A stretch of 64,000 nucleotides of DNA from Bryobacteraceae bacterium. GTDB taxonomy: Bacteria > Acidobacteriota > Terriglobia > Bryobacterales > Bryobacteraceae. Positions 61,952 to 64,000 of this stretch are shown piece by piece. The translations under genes were made by a program, and so were the position numbers. The notes under the pieces were generated by a model. It saw only the letters and a program-made list of their open reading frames with translations. It was not told the origin of the DNA and did no database searches. Where the stretch lies: contig CAWCGC010000028.1 of NCBI GenBank assembly GCA_963794765.1, forward strand, positions 236,754 to 300,753, read 5' to 3'. Every line of letters begins with the position of its first letter. Position 1 is the stretch's first letter.

Positions 61952-62994
61952 CGATACACCACGCGAGGACCACCAGGCTCCTGTTTGATCACTCGTCCAA
62001 CTGGAAAATAGGGTTCGTCGAGCTTACTTAGAATCTGTTCCGCTGTCTCGACGTCCTTTCGTCCTATAGCGATGATCAGACCGATTCCGAGATTGAAGCT
62101 GCGCCGCCAGTCGTCTTCGGGCACTTGGCCGATTCTCCGGAGGTACTCGAAGATCGGTAGTACTGGCCATGAGCCGACGGCAATTGCAGCAGCAACGCCA
62201 TCGGGCAGCATTCTCGGCGTGTTGTCTGTAATTCCTCCGCCGGTAATGTGCGCGGCACCCTTCAGGACACGAGCTTTGGCAAGCGCCTGAATCGGCTTAA
62301 GGTAACTGCGATGGACCTTTAACAACTCGTCGGCGACAGTGCTCTGAATCTCCGGCACGTAAGTTTCCGGCTGGTGGTGTGCGATATCGAAGAGAAGTTT
62401 GCGGGCCAGGGAGTAGCCATTGGTATGCAGACCCGTGGATGGCAGGCCAATCAAGTAGTCGCCAGGCTTGATTTTACGGCCCGTCAGCATGTGCTTTTCT
62501 TCAACGGCACCGACGATAAAGCCGGCAAGATCGTACTCTCCTTCGGCGTAAAGGCCAGGCATTTCGGCAGTTTCGCCTCCGATGAGCGCACAGCCGTTAT
62601 GAGAGCAGCCCCGGGCAATACCTTCGACCACGTCCGCTGCGACCAGCGAGCTGAGTTTGCCAACCGAGAAGTAATCAAGAAAAAAGAGCGGTTTCGCACC
62701 CTGAACGGCAATGTCGTTAACGCAATGATTTACAAGGTCCTCGCCCACGGTGTTGTGGCGTCCGGTTATAAAGGCAAGCTTAAGTTTGGTTCCGACACCA
62801 TCAGCTGAACTTACGAGGACAGGTTTCTTGTAACCAGTTAGTGCGTAACCTGCGCCAAAGCTTCCGATTCCGGCTACGACGTTCCGGGTCATGGTCGCCT
62901 GTGCGAGTTTTTTGATTCGTTCGACTGCGCGGTCGGCTTCGTCGATGTCGACGCCCGCATCGGCGTAGCGAACCGGCTGTTGAGAGGACATCAA
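61948..62994 (-). CDS. purM: Phosphoribosylformylglycinamidine cyclo-ligase
   Basis: 'YADAGVDIDEADRAV', 'GIGSFGA', 'SADGVGTKLK' and 'DYFSVGKL' are canonical PurM (AIR synthase) blocks. Its stop overlaps the purN start. Confidence 0.9.
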   Translation of the reverse strand: MMSSQQPVRYADAGVDIDEADRAVERIKKLAQATMTRNVVAGIGSFGAGYALTGYKKPVLVSSADGVGTKLKLAFITGRHNTVGEDLVNHCVNDIAVQGAKPLFFLDYFSVGKLSSLVAADVVEGIARGCSHNGCALIGGETAEMPGLYAEGEYDLAGFIVGAVEEKHMLTGRKIKPGDYLIGLPSTGLHTNGYSLARKLLFDIAHHQPETYVPEIQSTVADELLKVHRSYLKPIQALAKARVLKGAAHITGGGITDNTPRMLPDGVAAAIAVGSWPVLPIFEYLRRIGQVPEDDWRRSFNLGIGLIIAIGRKDVETAEQILSKLDEPYFPVGRVIKQEPGGPRVVYR

Positions 62995-63471
62995 TCTGAA
63001 GATAGCGGATTACTTGCGCCGTCCTGGCAACCCGTCCCGAGATTAATGCCATTTTTAATTTCTGGTTCAAGTTCCGTGACAACAGGTCGGGGACGCTCCC
63101 TGCGCAGACATGAAGGTTAGCAGTCGAGCTCCTGGGTGGAAAGCGAACCGTCGGAGTATTTGCCCGGCAATGTTGTATCGCTCGTCCCGAAGGCCGAAAT
63201 CTGAGTCGATTAGTTTTCCGAACTCGGGGCGCCTGGCCGGCAGCTATGCTCCGGCGGAAGCAGCGGCGGCTAAAGACGCTTGTAATTTTCATAGCCTCGG
63301 GTGATTCATGGCTGTTCAGCCTGACTCGGAAACCAGGAGCACCGTCTCTATAGTGGTTGCGAAATACCATCGCCGTCTCGAGTCATCCAGCTTTGCGAGC
63401 CTGTGTTTCTATACGCCGGAGTTACCGGGATAAGGCGATACTTGTAGCAACCCGGAATCGCGGAGGAACGT

Positions 63472-63918
63472 TTGAGAGCAGTAGTGCAGAGAGTTACCGA
63501 AGCACGCGTCGAAGTCGAGGGCGACGTAGTCGGCAGTATCACGGGCGGATTGCTGGTATTACTCGGAGTCGATGTTGCTGATACACCCGACGATGCAGAT
63601 TATCTGGCCACAAAGATTGCGGGTCTCCGGATTTTTTCTGATCAGACAGGAAAAATGAATTTAAACGTCACTCAGGCAGGCGGCGGTGTCCTTGTTGTGT
63701 CGCAGTTTACGCTTTATGGAGATATGCGAAAGGGAATGCGACCATCCTTCGATCGGGCTGCGCGTCCGGAAATTGCTCGCGATTTATATGAGACTTTTAT
63801 TCAAAAATTAAAAAAGAGCGGACTATACGTGCAAACCGGACAGTTTCAGGCTAGTATGAAGGTAACTCTTGTTAATGATGGACCTGTAACTCTTATATGC
63901 GAATCGAAGTCCATCTAA
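63472..63918 (+). CDS. dtd: D-aminoacyl-tRNA deacylase
   Basis: '[15 protein letters not shown]...GGLLVLLGV...[19 protein letters not shown]...NDGPVT' is canonical Dtd. It has a TTG start with a GGAGGA RBS 5 nt upstream. Confidence 0.9.
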   Translation: MRAVVQRVTEARVEVEGDVVGSITGGLLVLLGVDVADTPDDADYLATKIAGLRIFSDQTGKMNLNVTQAGGGVLVVSQFTLYGDMRKGMRPSFDRAARPEIARDLYETFIQKLKKSGLYVQTGQFQASMKVTLVNDGPVTLICESKSI

Positions 63919-64000
63919 CCAGCGTCGGCAATTGAATTAGGGCGGGAGGTGACGCTAGTATGGCCAGACCTTCAAGTAATCTCGGAGACAACGGCTTCCT

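Noticed and set aside
63228-63238. GGCGCCTGGCC, which resembles the 3' pseudoknot strand of the ZTP (pfl) riboswitch and lies near purine genes.
   Set aside because: It is on the strand facing dtd, not purM. The conserved 5' subdomain (GGGUCGUGACUGGCGAAC-like) is absent.
63256-63264. GGAAGCAGC, which resembles the conserved SRP RNA helix-8 motif.
   Set aside because: The surrounding sequence has no GNRA tetraloop closure and no matching 5' strand. A 9-mer match is expected by chance at this scale.

Overview
This is a 64-kb, GC-rich chromosomal segment that looks like an Acidobacteriota genome, probably Bryobacterales / 'Candidatus Solibacter'-like. The markers for that are a TIGR03437-type C-terminal domain, a TonB-dependent receptor with a CarboxypepD_reg N-terminus, a BlaI/BlaR1 pair carrying a TonB C-terminal domain, a PEP-CTERM protein and repeated PD40/TolB propeller sensors. 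I can support about 50 protein genes. Housekeeping genes are tatA/tatC, uvrA, mtnA, bcp, purD, purM-purN and dtd. Between them sit secreted or envelope proteins, hydrolases and small accessory patches. I found no rRNA, tRNA or CRISPR array. The parts most worth a second look are listed here.
- An orphan toxin-like plus immunity-like gene pair at 13.2-14.0 kb.
- A stand-alone TIR/deoxyribosyltransferase-like plus helical-repeat (DUF4071 / ASK1-N-like) protein. It lies in a small islet with a Uma2 nuclease, an IS-truncated Ser/Thr kinase and two IS elements (27.4-33.5 kb).
- A PEP-CTERM protein in an operon with a GT-C-like membrane glycosyltransferase and a GT1 (1.5-5.3 kb).
- A MoaD/ThiS-like GG-tail protein translationally coupled to a BNR propeller.
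- Two families of short non-coding repeats.
One caveat applies throughout. At least about 16 single-base frameshifts, several of them in homopolymer runs, break otherwise well-conserved genes, including uvrA. Many 'pseudogenes' here may therefore be sequencing or assembly errors. All family assignments come from motif recognition by eye and were not checked against any database.
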